Origin: the human T2T-CHM13v2.0 reference genome, Homo sapiens
DNA: 64,000 bases
Assembly (NCBI RefSeq): GCF_009914755.1
Contig: NC_060929.1
Strand: one strand, 5' to 3'
Shown here: positions 1-11,200 of the stretch, piece after piece
Position numbering within the stretch: position 1 is the first letter of the stretch
How the letters are laid out: each line of letters begins with the position of its first letter
Program-made: the position numbers and the translations under genes
The notes under the pieces: model-generated
Told to the model about the DNA's origin: nothing
The model's database searches: none
Seen by the model: the letters and a program-made list of their open reading frames with translations, nothing else

Positions 1-1570
1 CTCTGAGTTGACCAGCAGCAGGTCTGCCGACCACCAGCACCATCCTCTCCTCCCAGCAGCCTCCAGAACCATGCCCAGGTCTCCTGCCTCACATCACAAT
101 AATCTGGGACCCAGGCTTGTGCCCTTTCAGTGTAAAGCTGACTCCATCACATGTGCATCCACTTCTTTTCATCCATTGAGATCACACTGCCTCCTTTTTA
201 TACAGACACAAATATACATCTATAAGAATAATATATACATAAGGAACCCCTGAAAGATGGTTTTGGAACTGGAATCAGTTAGAGGATGAAATCAGATAAA
301 GGAAAAGCCTATTTTGGAGCTTCCCCTGTTAGGAAGGATGGCTGCACCTGGCCCCCTGGCATTCCTGACGCTCTAGGAGGGAAGGGGGAGGCAGTGCTGG
401 CCTCCCTTGCCCTGTTTTTCCCTCTTCCAGCTGACCTGTGACTTATACTGCTCTTACCGATGATACTTTTGGAAAAAATAGAGCGTGTATGCACCGCCCC
501 GTTTGTCCCATGGATATCCTGGGGTGTGAGTCGGATGGGACCACGGCCCTGTTTATATTTGGGTCTTTATGTTGGTGCTGCCAGGTCTCTGAGCTCCAGA
601 GGTGGCCTCTTGGACAGATCTACTGCTATAGGAATAAAAGACACTCTGTCTCGCAAATGGCTGCTTGTCAACAAGCCCAAAGATGCTTGTCGGAGGACGG
701 TTATGGAAGCCCTTAATTCTTGGTTGTGGGAAAAGGTGGAATGACAAGTTATTGATTGTTTTTCTGTCGCTATTTCTTTCATTTGTCTAGTGAATCAGAA
801 AGGCTTAGCCAAGGCCACATCTGGGAAGAGTGGAGAAATTTGCCACTTGACGATCACGGATTAGCTAGCACCTTTAAGCCCTGCATTTCTCCAACTGACA
901 AGTGGGTGGGGGTGATGGCACATTCAGTGTGGCTATGAAGAGCGAATCCTCTCTATTGTTTAAATAGATTACTGTAGTTTGGCCAGGAATTTGGCGTCAG
1001 TGGTAACACACTTAGTTAATAAAATAAGCCAGGCTTGCAACTAAGTATCTAACTTTACAGGCCCACTCACATTTGAGGCAAGGGGCTATTGAGTATGTGG
1101 AGAGATGTAGTGATTTAAATTCAGATTATTTAAGTTGGATCAGCTGAAGTGTGTTTTAGACCCAAACCATCTGGCCCCTTCGTTTTGCTCAGAGGAAGTA
1201 AATGTTCACTTAAATGAAATTGAAAACGCCATGTGGCACCACAAAAGAGCTCTCTGTACTTTCCCCATGCTGCCTCAAAAGTTCTGTGAGTTTCGGGGTC
1301 AGTGTCCCACCCTTCACTTCCCGAGGGCGGGTGAGTGGAGAGCAGAGCCAGGAGCTCTGGCAGCTGTGGACAGATGTGCTTCCTGAGCATGGGTTGTGCC
1401 TCCCATCAGTAAAAAAATGTTTAGTTCACTTCCTTAATTGTATAATTATTTATTTGTAAATTATATACATGTACTACTGTACTAAAATATTATGTACATT
1501 ATAAAACATACACAAAAATAGAAATTTAAAAAAGATGAGATGAAAATAAATCTAAGTCAAAGTTCTAATA
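1..1570 (+). other. PSD2: Terminal 3' UTR of the convergent neighbouring gene (probably PSD2)
   Basis: Repeat-free AT-rich UTR-like sequence ending in an ARE nonamer TTATTTATT (1446-1454) and AATAAA (1545-1550). Identity comes from recalled human 5q31 synteny with NRG2; no coding sequence is visible. Confidence 0.65.
1545..1550 (+). terminator. Polyadenylation signal of the plus-strand gene
   Basis: AATAAA at the end of an AU-rich block, followed by T/GT-rich sequence. Further AATAAA at 633-638 and 1018-1023 could be alternative sites. Confidence 0.7.
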
Positions 1571-1679
1571 GTTCTTCCTGCATTCGAATGGATCCTCACC
1601 ACCCACAACTGCTGCCTCCAACATGCCCATTTTCTAGGACTGTTCAAATTCAGGACTGGTGACATGCAATAAGTGGTTT

Positions 1680-1693
1680 GCGCCACCTGGTGG
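1680..1693 (-). promoter_or_regulatory. CTCF core motif
   Basis: Minus strand CCACCAGGTGGCGC matches the consensus CCASYAGRKGGCRS at all positions. Confidence 0.6.
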
Positions 1694-2859
1694 TCCTGGG
1701 AAGTGGCCTCGGGCTCAGGGACTTCTGGGGGTTGCCCCTTGAGGACGGTGTCTCTTGCGCCTTCATCCTCTCATTCAATGAGGGCCAACTGTGTGCTGCA
1801 CGCTGGGCGGGGTGATGGGGATACGGTGGTGGGAGGAAGTTTGGCTGCCTGTCCTCGTGGGGCTCACAGTTTCGTGAGGAGAAGAACAGGCAGTTACCAT
1901 TACCACTTGGGCCTCTGGGAGGGGCTGGAAAGAGAAGCCAAAAAATGACCTGGAAGAGAAAAGAAAGAACTGGGAAAGTGGGGATGAAGCCTCTGACTTG
2001 CGAAGCTGCCTGAATGTCGTCCTACGTGTTCCAGCGACGGGGCGGTGGTAGGGAAGTAGCTTGACAGGACTGCGACTCTTCCTGAAAGGCCACTGGGAAG
2101 GCTTCCCCAGGCAGAGGTTTGAGAGGCAGAGTGGAGAAGGGGCCTCTCTGGCCACATGTGTTCCCGGGTCCTAATCATACCTGTGAAATGAATGGGTGGA
2201 TGACAGGTGAGGAAAGAACTCTGTTAGGTTCTGGCCTTGGACTCTCCGCACATATGGCAGGTACTGTAGGATTCAAAGCATATAATGAAGGTACCCGATG
2301 CTCATGCAAAGATCGGTGAGTTCACCAAGAGGTCATTCAGAATCAACCGAGGGCCACATAGAGATTGGTGGGTTCATTGGGTGGCTTCTGACTCTAAAAT
2401 TTAGAAAGCAACAGCAACCTAGAGCCCCCAGAAAGGTCACACGAGGACAATAAGCTGGACCACACAAAGGTCAATGGGTTCCCCAAGAGTTCATATGGAG
2501 TTAATTTGGGATCCTACAGAAGCCACAAGTCACAGAGAAGAATAACTGGCTCTCAGAGAATTTTAAAGTCAACTACGAAACCAGAGACAGCAGAGGGGCC
2601 TGGATGAGATCAACAGAAGGGGGCCGGGAGGGGCCAGTGAGTTGCAGGTTTATGCAGGATTGAGTTCATTATTTTCCTTTTTAAAATTTTTTGTAGCAGA
2701 TACTTTTTCCCAGCACCCCCACAATAAATACAATAACTTTAATTTGTTCTTTATTTTTTTCCATCGACTCCCTCTCATCTAGTTTTTGTCACTCTGGCTG
2801 TGTGATACAAGGATGCAAGGCACAGGATATTGTCATCACCACCATCAAATCAGCCATGT

Positions 2860-3040
2860 AATAGGCATCTATCACGTGCCAGCATCAGCACTGGGTACTT
2901 TATAATCTCCACAGCAACCTTTTGGAATAGGTATTTACATCACCCATTTCCCAGCAAGGAAACTGTGGCCTAGAGACGTCACACAGCTAGGCGGCACAGA
3001 GCTGGAATTTGAACTTACGCCCTGTTGATGCCAAAGCCCT
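2860..3040 (-). mobile_element. MIR SINE fragment
   Basis: Reverse-complement MIR core (cccatttcccagcaaggaaactgtggcct...gagctggaatttgaac); boundaries approximate. Confidence 0.6.
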
Positions 3041-3103
3041 CTCAACCCGCAGCCTCTCTGTCCCTCCCACCTATAGGTCTCTGACTACACACATCCTAGT
3101 GGG

Positions 3104-3106
<3 letters not shown>

Positions 3107-3135
<29 letters not shown>
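3107..3135. repeat. (CA)14 microsatellite
   Basis: Direct reading. Confidence 0.95.
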
Positions 3136-3138
<3 letters not shown>

Positions 3139-3879
3139 TAGCCGAGTGTGCATGCCAACCACCTCAGCTGTTTGGGTGGAAGACGTCCGTGTGTCTGGCT
3201 GGAACCGAATAGTTCCGGGTGCTGGGCACTGGTTTACTAAATTAGTTGATGAGGGGAAAGGCTTTTGAACCTGGGCCTCCATCTGCCTTCTCCATACTGA
3301 AATCATGTACTCTCTCTCAGGTCTGCGGGTTTAGACAGGTCCTGGCTCTGAGGGGGTATAAAGTTGGGGAAAGAGCAACACCCTGTGGGCTTATGAACTG
3401 CAGCAGCTGTGGTCCTGGCAGCTGAGGGTACCACTGTTATGCCACTTTGCATGTTCAGACTTTGCCTGTGACGTGCCTCAGGGTCCAAGGGTCATCCTGC
3501 CTTGGCTGTGCTATTACCAACCCCACAACCCATCCCTCCTCACCCACCTAGGCCGGCAACTGTTGCCTCAGTCCGGCCCATAGATCCAGGGCAGGAACTG
3601 GGCCAGAGTTCCAACGCTGAGTTTGAAGCAGAGCAATTTGTGTCAGTCCCTTGGCCAGGTTCCCCAGCAGCCAGTGGGGACACCTTGTAAATATTCTTGG
3701 AAGCGGGAGGAGGGCTGGAGTCTGTCCTGTGAGCTGGGGCCGGAGAGACCGGAGACAGGGTCACTTCCTTCCAGGGACTGCCCTGGCCCCCTCCAACCTC
3801 CAGGCCAGCATCATCCACATCCACCATGGGACTTCGTGCTCTGAGTTCCCTCCTCATCTGAGGCTAGGCACACACAGTC

Positions 3880-5018
3880 AAACAGGAGTTATTTCTGATT
3901 TTATTTATAATATAAAAATGTTCAAGTGTCAACAGTCAGGTGTTCAGACATTTCAGGACAGGATTCCCATCTGTTTCTGTTTGGGATTTTTTTTTTTTTT
4001 AAACAATTACCTTTTTGACAAATTAGCAGTGGACCCAGTTTTTGGGGGTGGGAGGGCAGGACTGGAGACGAGTGGATGTCATAGGTGGGTTGGGGGCTAG
4101 GAGGCAGCCTGTGAGAAGGAAATGGTGTTACTTTATTGCTAAAAGGGGAATACACTGTCGAGTGGCTCTTCTCGGTCCCAGCGTGACCATGCATCCAATC
4201 TAAAGAATCTGAAATGCAAAGGACATGCAGGTGTAAAATAGAAAAGACGACCTGTAAACGAAGGTGCTGCAGAGGACGGAGGGGCGTCCTGGAGGCTGTG
4301 GGGGACAGGAGCCGCCAACATTGGGCCCCTGGCAGAGCTGCCACCTCCCTGGGCTCAGGCTCTTGGGGAAACGTTTCTCTGCCCCCCCTCCTTTAACAGC
4401 TGTGAGTAGCCAGGGCTTCCCCATTCGGGTAGCTGTGTCTTTATCTCCCCCTGGAAGTTACCCCAGCTCCAGCTCCAAGCCTAGGGTCCTGGCCCTCTCC
4501 TCCCAGGGGTCGGGAACTTCAGCTCTTGCCTGGGAGCAAAGCTACTTCCGTCCTCAGTTCTTCCTTAGGGCCAACCCCCCACCGCCCCCCACCCTCGCCC
4601 CCAACAGAACCCGCACCTCTTCTCTCCCAGCTGTCACTCTCAGCACCCCACAACCCAGACCTGTCCCCCGGAGCCCCAGATGAGCATACAGCAAAAGGCA
4701 CCACAAAATAGGTTTCTATTAAAGAGTCAAAAAATTGGCCCATCTCTCTTTTTTTTTTGTTGTTTCTTTTTTTTTTCCGAAGCTGTAAATCAGGATGTTA
4801 CATATAAATAGTTTCCCTATAAAAACGCCTTTGCCGTTAGCTAGTATTATAAGACAATTTTTGCTAAAATGAAAATAAAACATTTTGTTATACTTTTTTC
4901 CTTTTATAGAAAATAAAAATATTTTTATTTCTTTTTTCCTCCTTTCTCTCCAGTAGGCGGTCTCTGGTCTCCTTAAAGATAGTGGGGCGGGCGGGGCGGA
5001 GGGGCGCGCGGCGGGGCC
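3880..5018 (-). other. NRG2: NRG2 3' UTR
   Basis: Follows the TAG at 5019-5021. Minus-strand AATAAA at 4924-4929, 4132-4137 and 3900-3905; the 3' end is placed about 20 nt past the distal signal (approximate). Confidence 0.8.
3900..3905 (-). terminator. NRG2: NRG2 distal polyadenylation signal
   Basis: AATAAA (plus tttatt) preceded by TTTTTAT and followed by a GT-rich tract (tttgactgtgtgtg). Confidence 0.75.
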
Positions 5019-5799
5019 CTAGAGTGGCGCCGAGTCCTGCTTGGCCCGCGGGGGCGGCCCGCGGCTGTGTCTGCTGCTGGCCCGCGTGCTGTGGCTGTCC
5101 AGTGAGTAGTAAGTCCTGCTGTCGGCCGCCGGGCACAGTGGCGGCGAGTCCGAGCGCAGCGCGTCGTGCGCCCCACGCAGGCCCAGGAAAGGTGTGCTCT
5201 CGGCCGCCAGCGCCCCGTCCGCGTCGTCCGCGTCGTCGTCCGACGCCGAGGCTGAGCCGCCGCCCGAGCCGCTGCTCAGCGACAGCGAGTCCCTCGCCGC
5301 CCGTGCGCGCTGCGCCGCCAGCCCGTTGAGGCGCGAGCGGCGCCAGCGCCGGGGCCCCGCCGACGTCCTGCGGGACGCACCGCGCGCGCGCGGCCGCGGC
5401 GGCGGCGGGGGCGCGCACTCCTGCGTGGTCTCGTACTCGTCGTCCTCGGGGATGCGGAAGGGGCTGGCAGGCAGGCTGCCCAGGCTGCCGCCGAGCGCGC
5501 AGGTCCCGCGCCGCGGTCCGGGCCCCGCCGCGGGGTAATAGTAGCTGTCATAGCTGCGCTGCATGTCTGCGCCGGGCCCGGGCCCGGGCCCGGGTCCGGG
5601 TCCCGGGCCGGGGGGCGCCGGGTGCCGCAGTAACGGCTGCTGCTCGGCCAGGCGGTAACTGATGGGCGCCGCCGGCGGCAGCGACACGGCGTGCGCCGAG
5701 TTGGGGGACGTGATCTCGAAAGTTGGCACCTGCGTGGCCAGCGAGTAGTGGAAGTCCACGGGCGAGAGGCGCGCGGGCGTGGTCAGGGCCGACACGTAC
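5019..5799 (-). CDS. NRG2: NRG2 last coding exon (cytoplasmic tail, (R)YVSALTTPARLSPVDF...AKQDSAPL*)
   Basis: Acceptor ccccgcag|G. Neuregulin tail motifs YVSALTTPARLSPVDF and PFRIPEDDEYETTQE resemble NRG1. TAG at 5019-5021; phase 2 fits the previous exon. Confidence 0.97.
5572..5610 (-). repeat. Coding GGGCCC-type hexamer repeat encoding (Pro-Gly)n
   Basis: Plus ccgggcccgggcccgggcccgggtccgggtcccgggccg translates to PGPGPGPGPGPG on the minus strand. Confidence 0.9.
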
Positions 5800-6219
5800 C
5801 TGCGGGGAGAGGCAGAGGCATGGGCCAGGGCCAGGCCGGGCCGGCGCGGGGGAGGGGGGGTTGGGGGTGGGGTAGGGTGGGAGGGGCGGACCCAGACTTG
5901 CCTTAACCTTGCCCGAGACCCCGCCTGCAAGAATGACGGCAGCAACCCTCAGTGGCCTTATGCAATTTCCTAAACCTCTCCGAGCCTCGGTTTCCTTATC
6001 TGTTACGCGGGCATAACCATGGTGTTGATTCCATAGCTCTGTTGGGATGATTCCAGATTGTATCAGTGGGATGTGTTAGCCCTGTGCCTGACCCTGGTAA
6101 GCTTTCATGAATGGTCACTTGCTGTGGGAATGCTCACCGTCAGGGGGTCAGGCTCACGCTGGGGTACATGTTCCATCTGGTTTAATACCGCAGCTCTGTA
6201 AGACCCTTCCGCCAGTCCC

Positions 6220-6292
6220 ATTCTACACGCAGGAAAGTAACACTCAGAACGTTTAATTCTACACGCAGGAAAGTAACACTCAGAACGTTTAA
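6220..6292. repeat. Perfect 36-bp tandem duplication inside a MIR
   Basis: attctacacgcaggaaagtaacactcagaacgttta occurs at 6220-6255 and 6256-6291. Confidence 0.95.
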
Positions 6293-8089
6293 GTGACTTA
6301 TTCAGGATTTACACAGCCAAGAAGTGGCAGAGCTGGGATGTGACTTGAGGCTAGTCAGGAACCAGGACTCATACTGCCCAATTCCAGAAGCCATTAGTCT
6401 CCATTCAGATACCCCTGTGACCTGGCCTCACTGCCCCACAGGGACAATTCCTCCCATGCCCTGATGGCTTCAGTGAGGGAAATATTCCTCCTTACAGTGA
6501 AGTCAAAACCTGCTTCAGGGGAGTACCAAGATCCCATGAGGTGTCTCTGCTTGTGGCTACAGACCCATCCCCACACCACCAGCTCCTTCAGAAGTCTGGC
6601 CTTGCTAATATCTCCCAGGCTGGATCCCGGGTACCTGTCCCCTTTTGTGCTCCACATCCCCCTTGTAAGCCCATCAGTCTTCTGCCCCACCGTTGTCACC
6701 TCAGGACAGGGGCCACCCACCTCCACGCTTCCCTTCCAAACTGCACAGCTGGGCATCTCACTGCTCTCTGGAACCAGCCTGGAGTCCCCATTATCATTTT
6801 TTCTGAATCGCCTGACTCCTCCCTCTTCCCTTTCCCACCGGCACATCTGATTAACCACCAAGTCCTACCCATTCCCTTCTCCGGAAGCACACTCTCCACC
6901 CCATCCTGGGCCCGACTGTTCACATGTGGTCATCTGGGTCCACCCCAGGGTCTCTCCTCCTTCACTCTATGCAGTTCCCAGAGCAATCTTGTAAAGTCAC
7001 AGCTCTGCTGAAGCCGGTCTTCCTGTTTACCCACCCAGGGTCAGTCTGTCTGGCCTCAGCTTGCCTGTTCAGGCCCAGCTCCTCTGCTCCCTACAGCCCA
7101 CTCTGTTCCAGGCACCTCACTCATCAGCCCTGTTCTTAAGTGCCTCTGTTGGAACAGCTCAAGTTGTTCCCCGTGCCTAGAATGCTTTTCTTCCTGCTCT
7201 CCTGCCTCTCCCCTTCCTACCACCCATTAAGGAGTCTCATTGCTGTGGTTACGATTCATAAATAGCTACACCTAGTGAGCATCAGCTCCATGCCAGGGAT
7301 GAGACAAAGAGCTCTGTGCACATGATCTCAGGTGGCCTTCACTTGAACCATGCATAGTAGCTTTTGTTCTCCCTGTTCTACAGCTGAGGGAACAAGGTAC
7401 AGAGGTGATCAGTCTGCCCCAAATCACACAGGTGGTGGAGCTGGGCTTAGAAAATCTGGCTACTTCCCAGAGCCTACAGTCAGACTGGGTCTCTCTGCCC
7501 TGGTGTGGTGTCATGTTTAGCACCTTCCATAGGCTGCTGTAAGCTTCCTTGGTTTGTTTCTGTGGCTAGGAGCTCCTCAGGAGCAGGAACCTGGCAGGCC
7601 ACTTCTGGATTCCCAGCCAGGCCTGCCCAGCACAGGGCCTGGCATGGAGTAGGCTGAGTTGAGAGCAAGGGAATATCTGCTCCTCTCCCTGCTCCCTGGT
7701 GTGGAGTTTTTAGTACCACTCATCTTTCCCTGCTCACCTCCTACAGACCCCACTTGCTGAGGGCCACTCAGGGCTGAGCAAGGTGGCAGGGGTGCTGGCC
7801 CTTGACTTCTGGCTTGGAGTCAGGGAAGAAAGGGCGTTTCCTGGTTCTTACTACATCCACTGCTTAGGAAGCCAACAAGGCCTTGAACCCTGGGGTCTTG
7901 TTGCTGCTACTGCCAAGGCCTGCCATCATTCTTGGCTCACGTCCATCTTGTGCTGGTCAGTGTCCTCAAAGGCAACCTCCCCTCCCACTCTGCAGTTTAC
8001 TCCTTCTTCGTGTCTCCTTCTGTTCCTGCTGGGACATGGAACTTCTAGCATGTATCCTGGTTTGTCCAGAACAGCCCCTGTTTGTTCTT

Positions 8090-8388
8090 TTTTTTTTTTT
8101 CTTTTTGTAAAGGGAGTCTTGCTCTGTTGCTGAGGTTGGAGTGCAGTGGCGCCATCTCAGCTCACTGCAACCTCCGCCTCCCAGGTGAAGGGATGCTCTT
8201 GCCTCAGCCTCCCAAGTAGCTGTGATTACAGGCATGTGCCACCATGCCTGGCTAATTTTTGTATTTTTAGTAAAGATGGGGGTTTCACCATGTTGGCCAG
8301 ACTAGTCTCAAACTCCTGACCTCAGGTGATCCATCCGCCTTGGCCTCCCAAGTGCTGGGATTACAGGTGTGAGCCACCGCGCCCGGCT
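8090..8388 (-). mobile_element. Alu (AluS-type), full length
   Basis: Poly-T then Alu reverse complement; TSD cctgtttgttctt at 8077-8089 and 8390-8402. Confidence 0.95.
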
Positions 8389-8705
8389 GCCTGTTTGTTC
8401 TTGATGTTCCAGTGTAACTATTAATAATGTCCTTTTTCTAGTGTGAAAAGTGTCCTGGGAGGACAATTAAATTAGATGGTCACTGTCCACCAGGGTCCAC
8501 TGGCCCAACTCTAGTCCCAGTCTGTCATTAACATGCCGATGGCTCTGAGCAGGCCATTTCACCTTTTCTAGGACCTTGTTTTCCCATATGAAAAATGGAG
8601 ATGAGGCTCTTTGGAGTGTTTCTGAGGGGCCCTAAGGGTCAGCCTTGGGCCAGTGGTGCCAGCCCTCTGGCTAAGCGGGGAATAGGTCAGGGGGTAGGAA
8701 CTGAC

Positions 8706-8933
8706 CTCTCGCTGTGTGGGGAGTCGCGAAGGGAGTCCACGGAATCGTGATAGGGTGGCGCGGTGGCCCTGCGCCGCTCCTCCAGGTTGTAGGCTGCTGC
8801 CCGCCTTGCCCGGGCCTCCACACATGCTGGGCTGTTGCATTTGCTGGTACCCACTGATGATAGCATGATCCCCGACTGGGAGTCAGAAGTCAGGCTCTCA
8901 GAACGTTCCAGGCTCCACGTGTGGCTCTCGTGT
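8706..8933 (-). CDS. NRG2: NRG2 cytoplasmic exon ((R)HESHTWSLERSES...DSLRDSPHSE(R))
   Basis: ttcccag|A ... AG|gtcag; 228 nt, phase 2-2; SLRDSPHSER motif shared with NRG1. Confidence 0.97.
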
Positions 8934-9533
8934 CTGGGAAGGCCAGATGGGGTGAGACGAGGGGTCAGGAAGGGGCAGGGCGGCCCAGCAGGTGTGGTCC
9001 CATGGACCTCCCTGGCTCTTCTTCCACCTCGAGCTCCCTTAGCTCAATGCCCTTCTCCACTCTGGGGTGATGTGTATTGTTGCAAATGCCCAACCCCAAT
9101 ATTGGAAGAAGGAGGGCTGGGGTCCCATAGATGGGTGAGCTGTAATGTGCAGAGACCCATTTCTTTCCTTCCTGCAACCAGCCTCCCCCCAGCCTTACCT
9201 TAGACCCCCTGTCTGGGACCTTTCCACCACCGTGGTCCTTAGCTACCTATCTCAGAAGCCCAGCCCCAGGGGCCAGTATGTGAGGGCCCTGACTATTTCC
9301 TGGTGCTCCCGAGGGAAGAAGGGAGCCAGCCATGTTATTTTTGAGTTGTCTGAGCCTTTGTGCTGTGTGGACTGGCCTCTGCAGTTCTGGAGAGGAGGCT
9401 AAGGTGTGCTGTGATTCCTGTGGCAAGCTCAGGGGAGGGTATTGAATAGCTCTGGATGTCGGAGTAAGTGGGCACTTTGCGCCAGATGAAGTATGTGAGT
9501 CTACAAGTTTCCATGGGCCTTGGTGGTGCCTAC

Positions 9534-9661
9534 CTGTGGCTGGAGGTGGGTGTGGCTGTGGAGCAGTGGTGAGAAGGAGAACAGGAGTGGCTCCCAGAGA
9601 AGGTGGTCTCAGTTTCTCTCCTGATGACATGGTCTGTGGCTGGCACGTTCTTGGAAATATA
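9534..9661 (-). CDS. NRG2: NRG2 cytoplasmic exon (YISKNVPATDHVIRRETETTFS...SSH(R))
   Basis: gttccag|TAT ... AG|gtagg; 128 nt, phase 0-2. Confidence 0.97.
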
Positions 9662-10005
9662 CTGGAACAGACAGAGTTGGGCGAGAGTTAGTGACTGGGG
9701 CCCAAATGAACTCTTTCTTGTTGGGGACAGGGAAGTGATGAGCACTGACTGAGCTCCTGGTTGGGGAGACCCACTGTGTGAGAGTGACTTGATGTTGGGG
9801 CAGCGATGGCTCCAGCAAATCAACCCCCACCCCTTCCTCATGGAAGTGAGCAAACCAAGGCCAGCCATCCTGGTGAGGCAGTGCCTAGCAGGCAAGGCTG
9901 GCCATGGGATAGGCTGGCTGCTGCCCTGGCCCATCCTTGCAGGGGGCATGAGAAGGCTGGCTGTCCACTGAGGGCTCAGAAGGGGGCCCCAGGAAAGCCA
10001 CTCAC

Positions 10006-10129
10006 ATCTGCCATCTGGATCTCCTCTGGGTCCAGCCGGGGGTGGCTGGGCCCATTGGCCAAGCTCCGGTTCTGATGGGCCGGGCACATGTTCTGCCGGA
10101 GGTGGTTGTGCATCTGCTTCCGCTGTTTT
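10006..10129 (-). CDS. NRG2: NRG2 juxtamembrane cytoplasmic exon ((K)KQRKQMHNHLRQN...EEIQMAD)
   Basis: gtgcag|A ... GAT|gtgag; 124 nt, phase 2-0. Confidence 0.97.
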
Positions 10130-10329
10130 CTGCACAAGGGAAGGGAAGGTGAGGCTGGCATTCCCCCCACTCGCCAACGATGAACTTCCCTAGCTATCTC
10201 TCTAGGGAAACAGCTTTTCCTCCTGCCCAGGGTGGCCATGGCTACTGCTCGTCCCTGTACTCAAGCTGCCCTACAGCATCACTACCACCTGAATCCAATA
10301 GGACCTGAGCGTCGTGGCAGTGAGCTCTG

Positions 10330-10500
10330 GCTCTGCCCAGAGAGTAGAACTTCACTGCTTTCTAGCTATGCAACCCCGGGCAAGTTACTTAAGCTCTTCA
10401 CGTTTCACTTTCCTCATCTATAAGACAGGGTGATCATTTATCCATTCCAAAGACTATTGAGGATTAAAAGTATATGAAACATTCAAGCACAGTGCTGACT
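10330..10500 (+). mobile_element. MIR SINE
   Basis: MIR core gggcaagttacttaagctcttc...tttcctcatctataagacaggg; boundaries approximate. Confidence 0.7.
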
Positions 10501-10828
10501 CCCTCTCTCTCTCCCTCATTCATTAATTTGGTATGTATTGAGTTATCACTATGTGCCAGACACTGTTTTGGAGCAGAGACAATAGATAGGTAGATAGGGA
10601 ATCCACCCTCCTGAAGCCTGCAGGCCAGTAGAGGAAGCAGATGGTAAACACATAAACAAAGCAATGAACTAGATACTTTCAATAAAGTTCCATGAAGAAA
10701 ATAAAACAGGTGCTGTGGCTAGGGAGTCAGGGCCTGTGGGACTACTTCAGATTGGCACATATTAAATGCTCGATTTATTTGATATTAAATCTAATCATGT
10801 CCCTCCCCTGTTTAAGACCCTTCATTGT

Positions 10829-11200
10829 GAACTCACGGAGATAGAGAGTAGAAGGATGGTTACCAGAGGCTGGGAAAGGAAGTGGGGGGTTGGGAGGGAG
10901 GTGGGGATGGTTCATGGGTACAAAAACTAGTTAGAAGGAAAAAGACCTAGTATTCAATAGCATATGGGGTGACTATAGTCAATAATAATTTAATTATACA
11001 TTTAAAAGAGTATAACTGGATTGCTTGTAACACAAAGGTCCACGAGGACCCATCAGTTTGCTCAAGGTCACAAAGGATAAATGCCTGGGGGGATGAATAG
11101 AATACATGATATGATTATTATGCATTGCATGTCTGTATCAAAATATCTCATGTACCCCATAAATATATACACCTACTAAGTACCCGCAAAAATGAAAATA
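10829..11200 (+). mobile_element. L1 3' end fragment (L1MA-type) inserted in an L2
   Basis: Typical L1MA 3' UTR (gatagagagtagaaggatggttaccagaggctggga...tgtaccccataaatatatacacctact) with A-rich tail; degenerate TSD aagacccttcattg / aaacccctttattg. Confidence 0.85.

Larger units (their letters stand above)
4970..5950. promoter_or_regulatory. 3' intragenic CpG island over the NRG2 last exon
   Basis: Very high GC and dense CpG dinucleotides across about 1 kb. Confidence 0.9.

Noticed and set aside
4888-5538. Long alternative-frame and antisense ORFs over the last exon (176, 115, 114 aa)
   Set aside because: Expected from stop-codon scarcity in a very GC-rich CpG island; Arg/Ala/Pro low-complexity with no recognisable family.
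5800-5945. N-terminal part of the 308-aa track ORF as coding
   Set aside because: Lies upstream of the ccccgcag acceptor and is intronic; homology starts at RYVSALTT.
9662-10005. 215-aa ORF appearing to bridge two exons
   Set aside because: The 344-nt intron is not a multiple of 3, and the ORF is out of frame with the upstream exon, so this is not productive intron retention.
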